A stretch of DNA of 64,000 nucleotides, from the NCBI GenBank assembly GCA_002311855.1, contig DCAB01000012.1:462063-526062 (forward strand). Direction: 5' to 3'. Positions 50,241-60,187 of this stretch are shown piece after piece. Every line of letters begins with the position of its first letter. The stretch's first letter is position 1. The notes beneath the pieces were generated by a model, which was not told the DNA's origin, searched no databases, and saw nothing but the letters and a program-made list of their open reading frames with translations. The position numbers and the translations under genes are program-made. Source of the stretch: Candidatus Dadabacteria bacterium UBA1144. Its GTDB lineage: Bacteria > Desulfobacterota_D > UBA1144.

Positions 50241-51514
50241 ATAAAATCCTCTATTGGAATTAACAGTGGATTATTAGCAACAAATTTCAATTTCTTTAAC
50301 GCACTAAGTGCTTTATTTACAATTTTAAATCTATTTTTCTTGGTCAAAATAATTACAGGAACACTTTTAGTTTTATTGTTTTCATTATTTTGAATTATTT
50401 TATCAATACTTATCTTATGTTTTCCAAGGATATTTGTTATTTTTCCTAGATTCCCACTTTTGTCTTCCAATTCTATTCTTAAGTAGAATTTTCTTTCTAA
50501 ATCATCTATTTTGAAAATGGCTAGTTTTTTGCCTTCATGTACGTCAGATTTGTAACCATCTCTCGATATTCTGATAATGTCAGATATAACTGCAGATGCT
50601 GTGGGAAGCATACCGGCCCCATATCCATAACTCATAAAAGGTCCAAGATTTTTTGAATTTATGAGAATTGCATTAAATTCATTATCGACATTAGCTAATG
50701 GATTATCTTGCCTTATTAAAGCAGGATGGACCCTGGCATCTATTTTATTTTTAAAAATTCTACCTATACCTAGAAGTTTAATTTTATATCCCAAATTTCT
50801 AGCACAATCTAGATCATTGGAGGTGATATTGTCAATTCCCTGAGTGAAGATATCTTTTGATTTTAAATCTATACCAAAACATTTTTTAGATAAAACAACA
50901 ACTTTGTGAGCGGTATCTTTTCCGTTTATATCTAGGGTAGAGTTAGCCTCAGCAAAACCAGCTCTTCGAGCAGCATTCAGAGCGTCTTTAAATTCTATTT
51001 TTTTTGACATTGATGACAAAATATAATTACAGGTGCCGTTCATAATTCCTTGGAAAGAAAAAATTTTATTAATCAAGATTGAATCTTCAATGACTCCAAT
51101 TACAGGTATCCCCCCACCGACACTTGCTTCATAAGCAATTCTTTTTCCAGACTTATTCAGAAGACTGTTTATATCTTTGCCACGTTCAGCGAGTAATGCT
51201 TTATTTGCTGTTATTAAGTTTTTTCCATTTAGAATTGCATCCTTTAAAACTTTGTATGCTATGCTAGTGCCACCAATAAGCTCTATAACAGTATGAATGT
51301 CTTTATCTCTAGTAATTTTTTTGAAATCCTTGGTGAATTTTGAATTGGCAATCTTTAGTTTTCTTTTTGTAGATTCTGATATATCACAACATTTAAGAAT
51401 GTTGATATCGACGTTATATAATTTTTTTATTTCCGCCTTTCTTTCTTTAAGAATTTTGTAAACACCGGACCCGATTGTACCTAAACCAATAATTCCTATA
51501 TTAACTTTTTTCAT
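50228..51514 (-). CDS. hom: Homoserine dehydrogenase (with C-terminal ACT domain)
   Basis: 428 aa with VNIGIIGLGTIGSGV, ANKALLA, EASVGGGIPVI and GIMNGTCNYILS. Confidence 0.9.
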   Translation of the reverse strand: MKKVNIGIIGLGTIGSGVYKILKERKAEIKKLYNVDINILKCCDISESTKRKLKIANSKFTKDFKKITRDKDIHTVIELIGGTSIAYKVLKDAILNGKNLITANKALLAERGKDINSLLNKSGKRIAYEASVGGGIPVIGVIEDSILINKIFSFQGIMNGTCNYILSSMSKKIEFKDALNAARRAGFAEANSTLDINGKDTAHKVVVLSKKCFGIDLKSKDIFTQGIDNITSNDLDCARNLGYKIKLLGIGRIFKNKIDARVHPALIRQDNPLANVDNEFNAILINSKNLGPFMSYGYGAGMLPTASAVISDIIRISRDGYKSDVHEGKKLAIFKIDDLERKFYLRIELEDKSGNLGKITNILGKHKISIDKIIQNNENNKTKSVPVIILTKKNRFKIVNKALSALKKLKFVANNPLLIPIEDFIWKK

Positions 51515-51582
51515 AGCTCTAAAATTGAAAAAAAACCAAGTTGGATATATTCTAACAAATTATATTTCTTTATAAAAGCAAA

Positions 51583-51658
51583 GGGGCCGTAGCTCAGCTG
51601 GGAGAGCGCTTGGATGGCATTCAAGAGGTCGAGGGTTCGATCCCCTTCGGCTCCACCA
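51583..51658 (+). tRNA. tRNA-Ala (anticodon GGC), CCA encoded
   Basis: GGGGCCGTAGCTCAGCTGGGAGAGCGCTTGGATGGCATTCAAGAGGTCGAGGGTTCGATCCCCTTCGGCTCCACCA. G3:U70 identity pair present, anticodon loop ATGGCAT. Confidence 0.95.
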
Positions 51659-51712
51659 AATCACTTTATAATCTATTAGAGGCTATGCTATAGATTTACT
51701 AGTTAAGTAAAA

Positions 51713-52903
51713 TTATAAAATCGCGAGACTTTCTTTAATTCTTTTCATACCTTCTTTTATATCTGACATTGAAGTGGCATAAGAAACTCTTATGTGATTG
51801 TCTGAGCCAAATTCCACACCTGGTACTACGGCTACTTTTGCGACGTCAAGCAAGAAGTCGGATATTGCTATTGAATTAGTAATTTTCTTTCCTTTATGTT
51901 CTTTGCCAAAATAACTTGATATATTTGGAAAAACATAAAATGCACCTTCTGGTAATACACAGTCAATTCCATTTATTTCATTTAATGCAGAAGTAATATA
52001 GTCTCTTCTTTCTTTAAATTCTTTAAGCATGTTTTGAACTGCGTCTTGGGGACCCCTAAAAGCTTCTATTGCGGCTTTCTGAGATATAGATGTTGGATTA
52101 GATGTTGATTGTCCAGATAAATTATTCATGGCAGAGATTACTTCCGAATTACCTGCAGCATATCCTATTCTCCAACCTGTCATAGAATAAGTTTTTGATA
52201 CACCGTTTACCAATATAGTTTTTTCTTTAACATCACTCCCTAGTTGAGGAAATGATGTGTGTTTTTCATCTTTATATAAAATCTTATCGTAAATCTCATC
52301 AGTTATTATTACTAGGTTGTTTTTTAAGGCAACTTCTGCAAATCCCTCGAGTTCTTGGCGATTATATGTAATTCCTGTTGGATTGGCGGGATAATTTAAA
52401 ACTAAGATTTTTGTTCTGTTAGTAATTGCGGTTTCTATCTGTTTTTTTGAAATTTTAAAGCCGGATTCCTGTAAACCTTCAAGAATTACAGGTTTGCCAC
52501 CTGCAATTTTAACTTGTTCCGGATATGAAACCCAATAAGGTGAGGGTATTAAAACTTCATCATCATTATCTACCAGAACCTGGAAAAGATTATATAGAAC
52601 ATGTTTGGCCCCTGAACCAACTAGAATTTCATTTTTTTTGTATTCCAGATTGTAATCAAGTTTTGTTCTTTTGATTATAGCCTCTTTGAGCTCGTTGGTT
52701 CCACCAGCAGCTGTGTATTTGGTGAATCCTAAATCAATTGATTCTTTTGCATATTCTTTAATATTATCTGGAGTATCAAAATCTGGTTCTCCGGCACCAA
52801 AACCGATGACATCTATTCCCTGAGCTTTTAACTCCTTAGCTTTAGCCGTAATAGCTAAAGTGGCAGATGGTTTTAAAGTTTTGGCCAATTTCGAGAGCTT
52901 CAT
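51713..52903 (-). CDS. Class I pyridoxal-phosphate aminotransferase (aspartate aminotransferase type)
   Basis: 396 aa with GEPDFDTP, NYPANPTG, and the PLP-lysine region NGVSKTYSMTGWRIGY. Confidence 0.88.
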   Translation of the reverse strand: MKLSKLAKTLKPSATLAITAKAKELKAQGIDVIGFGAGEPDFDTPDNIKEYAKESIDLGFTKYTAAGGTNELKEAIIKRTKLDYNLEYKKNEILVGSGAKHVLYNLFQVLVDNDDEVLIPSPYWVSYPEQVKIAGGKPVILEGLQESGFKISKKQIETAITNRTKILVLNYPANPTGITYNRQELEGFAEVALKNNLVIITDEIYDKILYKDEKHTSFPQLGSDVKEKTILVNGVSKTYSMTGWRIGYAAGNSEVISAMNNLSGQSTSNPTSISQKAAIEAFRGPQDAVQNMLKEFKERRDYITSALNEINGIDCVLPEGAFYVFPNISSYFGKEHKGKKITNSIAISDFLLDVAKVAVVPGVEFGSDNHIRVSYATSMSDIKEGMKRIKESLAIL

Positions 52904-52905
52904 TG

Positions 52906-53394
52906 TTATACTTTTTTCTTTAATTTCTTTTTTAATTCGTTTTCTACAATCTTAGGAATAAAAGCCTTGGCAACCCCACCTAATTTGATTATATCTTTAA
53001 TCAGTGATGAGCTAATATGTGAATAATTTGCATCCGAGACCATAAAAATTGTCTCAATCTCTGGATCAAGTATATTATTTGATCTTGCCATTTGTAGTTC
53101 ATACTCAAAATCCTGCACCGTTCTCATACCTCTTAAAATTGTCTTAATTCTTTTCTTTTTTGCATAATGAACAAGTAAACCTTCAAATCTATCGACCTTA
53201 ATTTTTTTATTCTTTTTAAATACCTCTTTTATTGTCCGGATGCGTTCGTCGATATCTAGAATCGAATTTTTATTTGAGTTTACAGCAACGGCAATCACAA
53301 CTTCATCAAAACATTTTGTTGCACGATTGATAATATTAACGTGGCCATTTGTTAGTGGATCAAAACTTCCAGGGTAAATTACAAATCTTTTCAT
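52906..53394 (-). CDS. coaD: Phosphopantetheine adenylyltransferase
   Basis: 162 aa with YPGSFDPLTNGHVNII, ILRGMR and ISSSLIK. Confidence 0.9.
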   Translation of the reverse strand: MKRFVIYPGSFDPLTNGHVNIINRATKCFDEVVIAVAVNSNKNSILDIDERIRTIKEVFKKNKKIKVDRFEGLLVHYAKKKRIKTILRGMRTVQDFEYELQMARSNNILDPEIETIFMVSDANYSHISSSLIKDIIKLGGVAKAFIPKIVENELKKKLKKKV

Positions 53395-53395
53395 T

Positions 53396-53941
53396 TTAAT
53401 TGGACCAACAAAAAGTTATACATTTATCTTTATATTCTTTTACCCTACAGAATTTTACATCAATTTTAATTTTTTCTTTTCTTGGATGTTCGCAAACCAC
53501 TATTCCATCGCTAACTAACAATTTCAACGCATTTCTAATGATACCATTAACTGTTTTCTCATCAAAATATGAGTAGGGAGGATCCATAAGGATTAGATCG
53601 AATTTTTTGTTTTGCTTTGCGAATTCTCTTAGCGCGATGGAAGAATCCTTTTTTATAACTGTTGATCTAGCTTCAAATTCACATTTCTTTAAATTTGCCT
53701 TGATGCATTTAATTGATGAGGGATTATTGTCTATAAATGTAGCGTATTTTGCGGCCATGCTAAGGGCTTCAATACCTAATGCTCCACTACCAGCGAATAC
53801 ATCTAGAACGTTTAGATTTGTTACGGGAGGAAGAATATCAAATATCATCTTTCTGACTTTACTGGTATTTGGGCGAACTGATCCACCAAGCGGAACTTTT
53901 AACTTGAACCCTCTTTTTGAACCACTGGATACTCTTAACAT
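53396..53941 (-). CDS. rsmD: 16S rRNA (guanine966-N2)-methyltransferase RsmD
   Basis: 181 aa with RPNTSKVRKMIFD, LDVFAGSGALGIEALS and the DPPY motif (ILMDPPYS). Confidence 0.85.
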   Translation of the reverse strand: MLRVSSGSKRGFKLKVPLGGSVRPNTSKVRKMIFDILPPVTNLNVLDVFAGSGALGIEALSMAAKYATFIDNNPSSIKCIKANLKKCEFEARSTVIKKDSSIALREFAKQNKKFDLILMDPPYSYFDEKTVNGIIRNALKLLVSDGIVVCEHPRKEKIKIDVKFCRVKEYKDKCITFCWSN

Positions 53942-53946
53942 ATAAT

Positions 53947-55722
53947 TTAAACCATCTTTTTTGAGAATAAATTCTCGGCTTCTTTTAATAAATTTCTCAT
54001 TAAATACATACTACTTTCCCAAAAATCATCTTTGCTTATATCTATCCCCACTTTTTTTACGAGACTTTCTGGAGATTCTGTACTACCAGAGGAGAGTAGA
54101 GATATATATTTATTGACAAAGTTTGTTCTCCCTTCGTCGTACTTAGCAAATAATCCATGAACTAATAGCTCTCCAAATGCATATGAGTAACAGTAGAATG
54201 GTGAATGGATAAAGTGCGGAATGTACATCCACCAACATCTGTAAAGATTTGTAATTTTTATTGAGTTGCCAAACATTTTTTTATTAACCTTGGTCCATAT
54301 TAAATCAAATTCGGCTGATAATAATTCCCCACTATTTTTTCTTTTCTCATGTATTTCTAATTCGAAATTTGTCATTACAATTTGTCTGAAAACTGTTGCA
54401 AAAATATCTTCGAGTTTAGAGCAAATTATATATAGCTTTTCTTCTTTCTTTTTTTCCTCAGAAAGTAATTTATTGAAAACAAGCATCTCAGCAAATACAC
54501 TTGCAGTTTCCGCAGTTGTCAAGGGAGTGTTTTGTTGAAAATAGCCATTCTTTCTTGAAAGATATTGATGAATTCCGTGACCTAGTTCATGGGCAAGAGT
54601 CATGACATCTCTAATTTTTCCTGTGAAATTTATCAGTACATATGGATGAACCGAAGGAACACAAGGATGACTAAAAGCCCCACTTCTTTTACCGTTCCTC
54701 AAGGAGTAGTCTATCCAATTATTTTTAAAAAAGAGACGTGCAATTTTACCAAATTTAGGTGAAAATTCATCAAAAGATTTTAGAACAATTTTTTCAGCAT
54801 CGTTGAAAGAATATTTCTTTGATGACTGGCTCAAGGGAGCATATCTATCATAATCTTTAAAGTCCTTTATCTTCAATATCTTACTTTTTAATTTGTAGTA
54901 TCTTTGTACTATAAAATTGTATTTATTGCATGTAGCCATTAAGGCGCCAACTGTTTTATCGGATATTTCGTTTGATAGGTTTCTTGACTGAATAGGTTTT
55001 TTATAACCTCGTATATCATTGAGAATTTTTGAATCACTAAGAATTTGATTAAATATGAATGTCAAAAGTTTTCTTTCGGATTGCAATCCTTCTGTTAAAG
55101 ATTGCGCGGCTTTAAATCTCACAGGTCTTTTCGTATCATATAATAAAGCGAGTATTTGAGTTTCGGTAAGAGTTTTTTTCTTTTTGTTTATTCTTATATC
55201 GAAATACATATTATTAAGTGTTTCATCAAATAATCTGTTGAATGCTTTTGAAGAAGTAAGTGATTTTTGATCGAGAATTCTTTCTTCGGGTTCACTAAGG
55301 ACGAATTCTTTATATTTCCTCTCAGATTTGAGTAAATGGGAATAGTCTTTTAGGATGGGAGAGGAATATATCCTCTTTGCATTTTTATCTTTTATTTTAT
55401 TCCAATCAAGAAAGAAAAAAATTAAATTCTTTCTAACAGACGATATTTTTTCACTTGTTGCTTGATAAAATTTAGATATTTTTTCGTTGTTTGTATCTGT
55501 GGCAAATAATAGCGAAGAATAAGATGAAAGTTTTCCAAGACCTTCATATATTTTCTCTAACTCCTTTATTGCTTTCAGGATTAACTTGGGGGATACATTG
55601 TCATTAATCTTTTTTCTATATTTTTGATTAAATTTGATAGCTGATTTTTCAAGTTTAGCAAAATCGATCTTGATCTGCTTAGAACCGGTTCCAGTATATA
55701 GATCTTTTAAATTCCATTCCAT
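53947..55722 (-). CDS. pepF: Oligoendopeptidase F family (M3B) metallopeptidase
   Basis: ORF 53947..55755 (TTG) trimmed to the ATG at 55722 (MEWNLKDLY). Zinc motif HELGHGIH. Confidence 0.85.
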   Translation of the reverse strand: MEWNLKDLYTGTGSKQIKIDFAKLEKSAIKFNQKYRKKINDNVSPKLILKAIKELEKIYEGLGKLSSYSSLLFATDTNNEKISKFYQATSEKISSVRKNLIFFFLDWNKIKDKNAKRIYSSPILKDYSHLLKSERKYKEFVLSEPEERILDQKSLTSSKAFNRLFDETLNNMYFDIRINKKKKTLTETQILALLYDTKRPVRFKAAQSLTEGLQSERKLLTFIFNQILSDSKILNDIRGYKKPIQSRNLSNEISDKTVGALMATCNKYNFIVQRYYKLKSKILKIKDFKDYDRYAPLSQSSKKYSFNDAEKIVLKSFDEFSPKFGKIARLFFKNNWIDYSLRNGKRSGAFSHPCVPSVHPYVLINFTGKIRDVMTLAHELGHGIHQYLSRKNGYFQQNTPLTTAETASVFAEMLVFNKLLSEEKKKEEKLYIICSKLEDIFATVFRQIVMTNFELEIHEKRKNSGELLSAEFDLIWTKVNKKMFGNSIKITNLYRCWWMYIPHFIHSPFYCYSYAFGELLVHGLFAKYDEGRTNFVNKYISLLSSGSTESPESLVKKVGIDISKDDFWESSMYLMRNLLKEAENLFSKKMV

Positions 55723-55781
55723 TTTATATACCTTTGTTTTTTTTATTGTAACCAAATTAAATCTTTGGGTATAGAATTAAT

Positions 55782-56855
55782 TTAACTTATTTTTTTGCAA
55801 TCTCCATTGGTGACTAGAAATAGAACATGGTCCCTCATCTTTAGGTCCAATAATTGTTTATTGCTTGCAGTTATGAAACATTGAGTATTAATTTTGGCTA
55901 AAAAATTATAGAAAAACTTCAATCTTTTTTCGTCAAATTCACTTCCAATTTCATCGACAAGTACTAGAGGGAATCTATCTTCCAATTTCTTTAACATTAA
56001 TATTTCTGATATTTTAATCGCTAGTGCTATTGTTTTTTTTTCTCCTTCAGAACCAAAATTAAAAACATCAATTTTATCTGCCAGGAAGGTAATTTTGTCT
56101 TTATGGGAACCAATTGAACTATGTCCTAATATCTTATCATGTCCTCTATTTTGTTTTAATTTTTTTTTCAATTTGGTAATTTCCAGTGAGTCGCTAACAA
56201 AATCAAGATTAATGGAAATATTTTTATCTAATTTTTTGATAATCTGATTTGTAAGATTTACAATTCTTGATATCCACAGCCTTCGATTTAGTGAAACTTT
56301 GTTCGATAATCTTATTAGTCTATCATCGATAAAATCTAGAACTTCGTCGTTCCTAGTTGTTCTTAAAATTTCATTTCTTCTTTGAATCTCTCTAGAATAA
56401 TTATTTATTAATACTCTATATTCATTACTAAAATTTGAAACAATGGAATCTAGGCAATCGCGCCTAGGCTTGGAAGATCTTCCCAAATTATAACTTAAGT
56501 CTTTATCGAACATGACTGTAGATACAATCTTCTTAATTTCTTTTCTACTGTTAACTTGTTTATCATTAAGCTCCAACTTCTTTTTGTTATCGATAATTGA
56601 GAATTTTATATAATTTGTCCTAAATTCGTCAGAAAACTCTCCACTTATTTCGAGAAATTTTTGATTAAATTTTATTAAATCATCAAATTTTGAATTCCTA
56701 AAGGTTCTTCCATTAATTAGTGTCCATATAGCTTCAAGAAGATTTGTTTTTCCTTGGCCATTATTGCCTAAAAAGATGTTGATCCTGGAATTAAGGTTGA
56801 ATCTTGTTTCTGAATAATTCCTAAAATTCTTAAGAAAAATAGAGTCTAATTTCAT
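55782..56855 (-). CDS. recF: DNA replication and repair protein RecF
   Basis: 357 aa with FRNY, Walker A GNNGQGKTNLLEA, signature-like GSEGEKKT and Walker B LVLVDEIGSEFD. Confidence 0.9.
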   Translation of the reverse strand: MKLDSIFLKNFRNYSETRFNLNSRINIFLGNNGQGKTNLLEAIWTLINGRTFRNSKFDDLIKFNQKFLEISGEFSDEFRTNYIKFSIIDNKKKLELNDKQVNSRKEIKKIVSTVMFDKDLSYNLGRSSKPRRDCLDSIVSNFSNEYRVLINNYSREIQRRNEILRTTRNDEVLDFIDDRLIRLSNKVSLNRRLWISRIVNLTNQIIKKLDKNISINLDFVSDSLEITKLKKKLKQNRGHDKILGHSSIGSHKDKITFLADKIDVFNFGSEGEKKTIALAIKISEILMLKKLEDRFPLVLVDEIGSEFDEKRLKFFYNFLAKINTQCFITASNKQLLDLKMRDHVLFLVTNGDCKKIS

Positions 56856-56920
56856 TTTCTTTTACAAATTATATTAATGGCTTGAAGTATTATAACCCAT
56901 TGGTAATCTAATTAAATACA

Positions 56921-58972
56921 ATGATTGATTTGAAAATCCAAAATTTAAGCGTTAAAGATGCAGGAAAAGGTTTTGCTAGGATTTCTAGTGCCAAGATGTC
57001 TGAATTAGATATAGAACCCCTAGATATTGTCGAAATTTGTGGTCAAAGAAAATCAGCTATTAAAATTATGCCAATGCATTCTGATGCCAATGATGATCTT
57101 GATACAATTAAAATTGATGGAATAACAAGACAAAATATTCAATCAACAATTAATGACAAGGTAACTTTAAAAAAAATTAAATTACGGACTACAAGCAAAA
57201 TCGTTCTTGCACCTCTTAACTTAAAGTCCTTACTTTTTCTGAATGATACAAAGATTTTATTAACTAAAATTGATGGCCATGTAGTAACATCGGGAGATAA
57301 ATTAGTTGTTAGACTTCCAGGTGCTAGATCGGAAGAATTCAAAGTCCTTTTAACAAGTCCGTCCTCATCCTCCGTAATAAGCTCTAAGACGAAAATTGAA
57401 ATCAAGAGGGTTAATAGTACCAAATCAAATAAAAAGATTACGACTTATGATGATATTGGTGGATTAAAAGGTCAATTGAAAAACGTTAAAGATTTGGTCG
57501 AGCTACCTTTGAAGCACCCTGAAATTTTTTCAAGATTAGGTATAGAACCACCCAGAGGTATATTGTTGGTAGGCCCTCCAGGGACTGGGAAAACACTTCT
57601 GGCTAGGGCAATAGCACAAGAATGTGGAGTCAATTTCAAGCTAGTTAATGGTCCTGAAATAATAAGAAAATTCTATGGTGAAAGTGAAGCACTATTAAGA
57701 GATATTTTCCAAAATGCTTCTGAGAATCAACCGTCAATAATTTTTATAGACGAAATAGATGCCCTTGCACCAAAAAGAGATAAAGTGCATGGGGAAGTCG
57801 AAAAAAGAATAGTCGGACAACTTCTAGCTTTGATGGATGGTTTACGAGATAGAGGGAAGGTCATAGTTCTTGCGGCTACAAATATGCCTAACTTGATAGA
57901 TTCCGCATTGAGAAGACCAGGTAGATTTGATAAAGAAATCGTTCTGGACCCACCGAATTCCTTCGGAAGGAGAGAGATACTTGAAATTCATACTCGAGGA
58001 ATGCCTCTAAATGACAATGTAGATTTAGACTCAATCGCAAATATTACTTCAGGTTTTGTTGGTGCTGATATAGAGATGCTATGTAAAGATGCTGCTCTCG
58101 TTTCAATACAAGAAATAACCAAAAAAGATCAGATAGATTATGAGATTCTAGATTCTATTACGGTTTCAAATGAAGATTTTATGGAAGCACTTAAAAATAT
58201 ACAACCATCAGCAATTAGAGAAATCTTTGTCGAGATACCCAAAGTAACATGGAACGAAATAGGAGGCTTAGTTGAAGTTAAAAAAACTCTTGAGAAAGTT
58301 GTCATCGATTCGATTAAAAACAATAAGAATGATGTAAGGATGCCTAAGGGAATTATGCTATATGGTCCTCCGGGTACTGGAAAAACAATGCTTGCAAAAG
58401 CTCTGGCTAATATAAGTGGGATGAATTTTATTTCGGTAAAAGGATCAGAGATTATATCAAAATATCTTGGAGAGTCTGAGCAGCTTATAAGAGATTTTTT
58501 TCAGAAAGCTAAGCAAGTATCACCATCTATTCTTTTTTTTGATGAAATTGACTCAATTTGTTCTAGTAACTTCGAAAAAGATTCCACATTTACAACAAAT
58601 CATAGAATACTGAGTCAGTTTTTACTTGAAATTGATGGATTTACAGATTTAGGTAATGTGATTGTGCTAGCGGCAACTAACAAAATTAATTCAATTGATA
58701 AATCTTTATTGAGGTCCGGACGATTCGACCTTCTCTTAGAAACGAAAAACCCTGAAATTCATGAATTAAAAGAAATTTTAGAAATAAAAAAAGATTTGAA
58801 ACACATTGAATTTAATTTCGATGCATCTTTAGATGATTTAATTAAAGATTTTAATGGAGCCGATATTGATACAATGCTTAATCTTGCAGCTCAATTTAGT
58901 GAAGGTGAGACTTTAGATTATAGTTATATAGAGAGATCTATTAATGAAATTAAAAAAAGAAAGACTATTTAA
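56921..58972 (+). CDS. Cdc48/VAT/p97-like type II AAA+ ATPase (N domain + D1 + D2)
   Basis: 683 aa. The N domain resembles the Cdc48 double-psi barrel (GKGFARISSAKMSELDIEPLDIVEICG). Two complete AAA modules are present: GPPGTGKTLLARA with IIFIDEIDA, and GPPGTGKTMLAKA with ILFFDEIDS. There is no C-terminal HbYX-type Tyr motif (the protein ends KKRKTI). Confidence 0.85.
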   Translation: MIDLKIQNLSVKDAGKGFARISSAKMSELDIEPLDIVEICGQRKSAIKIMPMHSDANDDLDTIKIDGITRQNIQSTINDKVTLKKIKLRTTSKIVLAPLNLKSLLFLNDTKILLTKIDGHVVTSGDKLVVRLPGARSEEFKVLLTSPSSSSVISSKTKIEIKRVNSTKSNKKITTYDDIGGLKGQLKNVKDLVELPLKHPEIFSRLGIEPPRGILLVGPPGTGKTLLARAIAQECGVNFKLVNGPEIIRKFYGESEALLRDIFQNASENQPSIIFIDEIDALAPKRDKVHGEVEKRIVGQLLALMDGLRDRGKVIVLAATNMPNLIDSALRRPGRFDKEIVLDPPNSFGRREILEIHTRGMPLNDNVDLDSIANITSGFVGADIEMLCKDAALVSIQEITKKDQIDYEILDSITVSNEDFMEALKNIQPSAIREIFVEIPKVTWNEIGGLVEVKKTLEKVVIDSIKNNKNDVRMPKGIMLYGPPGTGKTMLAKALANISGMNFISVKGSEIISKYLGESEQLIRDFFQKAKQVSPSILFFDEIDSICSSNFEKDSTFTTNHRILSQFLLEIDGFTDLGNVIVLAATNKINSIDKSLLRSGRFDLLLETKNPEIHELKEILEIKKDLKHIEFNFDASLDDLIKDFNGADIDTMLNLAAQFSEGETLDYSYIERSINEIKKRKTI

Positions 58973-59738
58973 TTTTTATCTTCTCATCGGAATATTTCTA
59001 ATTTTTCTACCATTTCAATATGTTCATTCTCATGAACATATTGAATACGAAGCACGTTATGCAGATAAAATAAACTATATTCTTAAAACTTTTACTTATG
59101 ATGATCTAAAGTCTGAAGTCTTCTTAGGGGTCCCATATAAAAGCAATACTTTAATCGGGGACAAGAATACTAAGGAAAAATTAGTTGTTAATCTAGAGGC
59201 CATGGATTGTTTCACTTACTTAGACTATGTCCATGCATTGAGGGTAGAAAACCCAAGGGATTATTATGATTTTATTGATAATCTTAAGCACGCTAGATAT
59301 AAAAAAGGAGTTGTAAGTTTCGAAACAAGAAACCATTTTTTCTACGATTGGAGCTTGAATGTTCAGGACATTAAAGATATTACAAAAGAAATTCGACATG
59401 ATAAGGTTACAACCGTAACGAAGAGACTTAATAAAAAAAGTGATGGTTCATTGTTTGTTGATGGCATACCAATAAGAGAAGTTGAAATATCATATTTAAA
59501 TCCAAGATTTCTCACGAAAAATAATTTAAATTTGTTAAACAATTTAGATTATATTGGCATATATTCGGAGAAGGAAGGGCTTGATGTGTCTCACGTAGGA
59601 ATCTTGATTATAAAAGGGGGCAAATGGTATTTTCGCCATGCATCCAATAAGCCTGAAATTGATTCTGTAGTTGATGTAGATTTTTTGGAATACATAAAAT
59701 CTATGCCAGGTATAATTGTTTACAGATACACGAAATAG
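58944..59738 (+). CDS. Secreted DUF1460-like (NlpC/P60-fold amidase-like) protein
   Basis: 264 aa. Signal peptide LLIGIFLIFLPFQYVHS, candidate catalytic Cys in LVVNLEAMDCFTYLDYV and His in DVSHVGILI. Family recall only. Overlaps the Cdc48-like gene by 29 nt. Confidence 0.4.
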   Translation: MKLKKERLFNFYLLIGIFLIFLPFQYVHSHEHIEYEARYADKINYILKTFTYDDLKSEVFLGVPYKSNTLIGDKNTKEKLVVNLEAMDCFTYLDYVHALRVENPRDYYDFIDNLKHARYKKGVVSFETRNHFFYDWSLNVQDIKDITKEIRHDKVTTVTKRLNKKSDGSLFVDGIPIREVEISYLNPRFLTKNNLNLLNNLDYIGIYSEKEGLDVSHVGILIIKGGKWYFRHASNKPEIDSVVDVDFLEYIKSMPGIIVYRYTK

Positions 59739-59755
59739 GATTTGTAGGATTCTAA

Positions 59756-60187
59756 ATGTCAGATTTATCAAAAAGCAAAGAGATTCAAGAAACCCATTCA
59801 GATTCAAGAACATTGACTTATTTAGTCAAAGAATTAAATAACGCTATTCGAGGCCTGCAGTCAGTAGATGAGTACTTAACTAGATTAACAAGAGCTAAGG
59901 AAATCTTAGGAAAAGAATCTATTGATCTTGGAGAGAACATAGATCAAAAAAAGACCGATTTGCACGATTCCCTTCTTGAAATAGGGAAATTTGTGAAATC
60001 TACACTTGATAGTATACCTATTCATGATGACGAATTAGACGTGGCTGCGGAACAGCTTATTAAATTTACAGAAGATAAACAGCATGCAATTGAATACACA
60101 CAAAAAGAATTAAAAGGACAAGATAAAGATTCGTATTGGTTTAAATACTGGTCTGGCTTGCTCGAACGTTTACATAAATCAGATTAA
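59756..60187 (+). CDS. Hypothetical helical protein
   Basis: 143 aa, predicted all-helical and acidic, with no motif I recognise. Lies 17 nt downstream of the previous gene on the same strand. Confidence 0.4.
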   Translation: MSDLSKSKEIQETHSDSRTLTYLVKELNNAIRGLQSVDEYLTRLTRAKEILGKESIDLGENIDQKKTDLHDSLLEIGKFVKSTLDSIPIHDDELDVAAEQLIKFTEDKQHAIEYTQKELKGQDKDSYWFKYWSGLLERLHKSD

